Positions 25,755-64,000 of a stretch of 64,000 nt of DNA are shown here, one piece after another. Numbering within the stretch: position 1 is the stretch's first letter; each line of letters starts with the position of its first letter. The position numbers were made by a program, and so were the translations under genes. The notes under the pieces were generated by a model that worked only from the letters and a program-made list of their open reading frames with translations, was not told where the DNA came from and searched no databases. The DNA is from Lama guanicoe. Its lineage: Eukaryota. Location: positions 62,001 through 126,000 of the forward strand of contig MU054033.1 in the NCBI GenBank assembly GCA_013239625.1. Reading direction: 5' to 3'.

Positions 25755-26541
25755 AGCGGCGGTGCGAGAGCGGCTGCACAGCGAGCAGAGCCGCGGCCCG
25801 GCCGGCAGCGCGTGCCCCAAGCTCTCCGCCTTCCCCCGCCCGCCGGCCCGCGGCCCCAGCAGCCGCGCCCCGGCCGGCTGGAACGCCTGCCCCGACAACC
25901 TCATGCACCGACAACCCCCCGGCGCACGGGACCTGTCGGGACGCGGCCATCCCGGGCCGTAAGGACTCGCCCTCCGTCTGGGCCGCCGTCCCCGGGAAAA
26001 CCCGCCTTGACGTCACGCCTGCTGAGGTTGGTGTCCTGGTTGGCAAAGACCGGGCAAGTGTTTTCGTGAACGGGCCAACGCTTGGGGGCCAGAAATGCTC
26101 TGTGATCGGGGACTCACTGCTGCAGGACGGGGAACTCACCATGGATCTTCGTGCCAAGAGCACCGGCGGGGCCCCCACCTTCATCACTGTCACCACGACA
26201 GCCAAGACGCTAGTCCTGCTGATGCGCAAGGACGGTGTCCACGGTGGTAGAATCAACAAGAAGCGCTGTGGAACGGCCTCCCACCTGCGGCGTCCCCAGT
26301 ACTGACCCCGTCCGTCCCTCCCCCCAGCACTCCCCACTGCACCCCTCTCCTACGCGCACACACATTTTTATTTGGGGGGCCATGACCCCACACCCCTTAT
26401 TGCTGCCAAAACCACACGCGCGTGGGGCCAGGGCTGGATGGACACCTCCCCCTACCCATACCCTTCCTGTATGTGGTTGGAAAACTTTTTTGTTTTGGGC
26501 TTTTTTTCCCCTGAATAAAAAAAGATCCTACTCAAAATAAA
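25755..26541 (+). pseudogene. PFN1: Processed profilin-1 pseudogene (retrocopy with 5'UTR, intronless CDS, 3'UTR and A-tail)
   Basis: Translates to AGWNA..DNLM / [93 protein letters not shown] (stop 26303-26305). Start codon is now CCG (25870-25872); a 16-bp duplication at 25906-25921 shifts the frame. AATAAA at 26514-26519. TSD aaaagtaaaatacgtct (25738-25754) / aaaagtaaaatatgttt (26542-26558) at a TTT|AAAA L1 endonuclease site. Confidence 0.97.
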
Positions 26542-26913
26542 AAAAGTAAAATATGTTTGCGATTACATTAACTCCCCGCACCCAACTGCCCGCCAAGCGC
26601 AAGGACATTTACTAAATTCCCTGCCCCCTGAGAGCCCAGCACGGGTCTGACACCTACTGGCCCCCAACGTGTGCACGAGGCCGCCGCTTCGCGCCCCTCC
26701 GCGAACCCAAGCGAGACCCTGAGGTCAACGTCCGCCCTGTCAGAACGTTAAACCCTCAGCAGCCCGAGCAGCCGCCGGCCGCCCAGTACGCAAGCGCGAG
26801 AGGGCGGTGCCCAGCAGCCCCGCCTCCCGACGCGCAGACGTCACTGGGCGGCGCCGCGCAGTGTCTGACGCGCCTGCGACCCGCCTTCCGGAAGGAATCC
26901 CCAGCGGCCAACT

Positions 26914-62533
<35,620 letters not shown>

Positions 62534-64000
62534 GTAAGTTTGACGTATTTTCAGCGAATGTGAAGTTTATCTGCACCACATTTAAACGACTCATGACAAA
62601 TTTGAATGGTTTTGGAGTGCATTCAATAAGCCTCGGTCAGTCTGACTGAATTCCAAATAAGAAACCAAAAACTCAAACCACTCAAATTGGTCTGCGTGCA
62701 TGTAACCAGAGTGTCCATTTTGTCCTCGTTTTAAAGAATCACAACTTATTTTTCTAAAAATGTTACAAGCTCACTAGTGAAACATTACAGCAGTATGGAA
62801 GGTAAAGATGGCAGCAGATCAGCATGCTACCCCCAGAAATAACCAGCATAGACCCTGGAGAACCTCTCCACATCTGTACGGATGAAAGGATGTAATTAGG
62901 TGACAGTGAGTTCATACTGTCCATGTTGCTTTTTAGAAGATCACCAAGTTTTATTTTAAACGACTTCAAGAAAAAGAAACGAGTGACATCGAAGCGAACC
63001 GTATGAGTGTTCTGGTTTTTGGTTTGGTTTGGTTCCGTTTCGTTTTAACGACGTAAGAGTAGTTCTTTTAGGTTCCTCTTGAGAAAGAAGCTGTTGGTGA
63101 CGTCTTCAGGCAGATTTCTGGTGTTACAGCAAATGATCTCGCCTTACCCACTTCATTTTGCCTTTCCAAGGTGAAACCTGCCTTTTCAGTCACGGAAGAC
63201 CTGTTTTCTCTTGCCAGACACAGAAACTAGAAACTTTTCTAAAAGAAAAGGACAGTTGATAAATAAGTAGGTCACAGATGTTCCAGATAAAGTTAAAGGC
63301 AGAAGTAATTAAAGTCTGAGTCTGACTTCACAATCGTGACGAAAGTTCTTACATGATTTATGGTAGAGAGAGATTATGGTTGTTTCCAGTTACATTGGTT
63401 TATGAAATATTAATAGACCAGCACAGCACACTGGAGACACTATAAATTCAGTAACATCTGCCTCAGATGCCCTCTATTCTGTCTAGCAGTATTAGTATGT
63501 TTATTTTAAGTCCAATTCTCTACTTTCCCCAGTTCTTTCACACCTTTTTTTCTCTCCAGAATCCCTCACCCCCCGTCTCCCTCCACCCCCCTTTAGCTGA
63601 CAGCCTCGTCCTGTCACTTGGGAACGCCCTCATTTTCCTGACAAACCTGTACGCCTGCGGTATCTGAACCAGTCTTCCTCCATCCATCACAGCTCTGCTT
63701 CCTGAAGGACTGAGTGCCCTTGGGTGTCCCCTCTTCTTTCTCTTCCGTCTCTCCCCTTTCCTGAGTCATTTGCTTCGCACTCGGGGACACTCTGTCCTCT
63801 CTTGTCTTGAATCCCGCTTTCGCGTGACCCCACACGCCCCTCTGGCAGTTAGCCCATTGCTCTGCCTCTCTCTGTAGGCAGTCTCTGCAGAGCTGTTTGT
63901 GCCTTCCCCGCACCCTCACCGCTCGCGCACGCCGGGGGCGGCCGCAGTCCGCCTCCGCTCCCGCGCTGGAGCGGACGCCCCGCGGAGGCCCGTCTTGCTG

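Noticed and set aside
63114..63140. cag|atttctggt as SPTLC1 exon 13
   Set aside because: Wrong phase after exon 12, and it continues ISGVTAND instead of ISGLKVVGES.

Overview
Mammalian genomic DNA, most likely a camelid: it carries four tRNA-Ala-derived vic-1-like SINEs, and the species call is an inference. The right part (26.9-62.5 kb, + strand) holds coding exons 1-12 of SPTLC1 (serine palmitoyltransferase subunit 1). All splice sites are GT-AG, 1136 coding nt are in frame, and exons 13-15 lie beyond the window. About 370 bp upstream of the SPTLC1 ATG is a full-length processed PFN1 (profilin-1) pseudogene with target-site duplications. It is fused to the promoter CpG island, its changes are strongly A/T-to-G/C, and it has gained a perfect CRE. 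The left 20 kb contains a chain of minus-strand, phase-compatible exon candidates that I cannot assign to a known family; this is a possible unannotated gene or unitary pseudogene divergent from SPTLC1. It also contains a 153-bp templated insertion flanked by a ~42-bp duplication. The rest is typical interspersed repeat (L1, MaLR and ERV LTRs, Tigger and Charlie DNA transposons) plus microsatellites. Repeat subfamily names and comparisons with human sequences are from memory and need RepeatMasker/BLAST confirmation.
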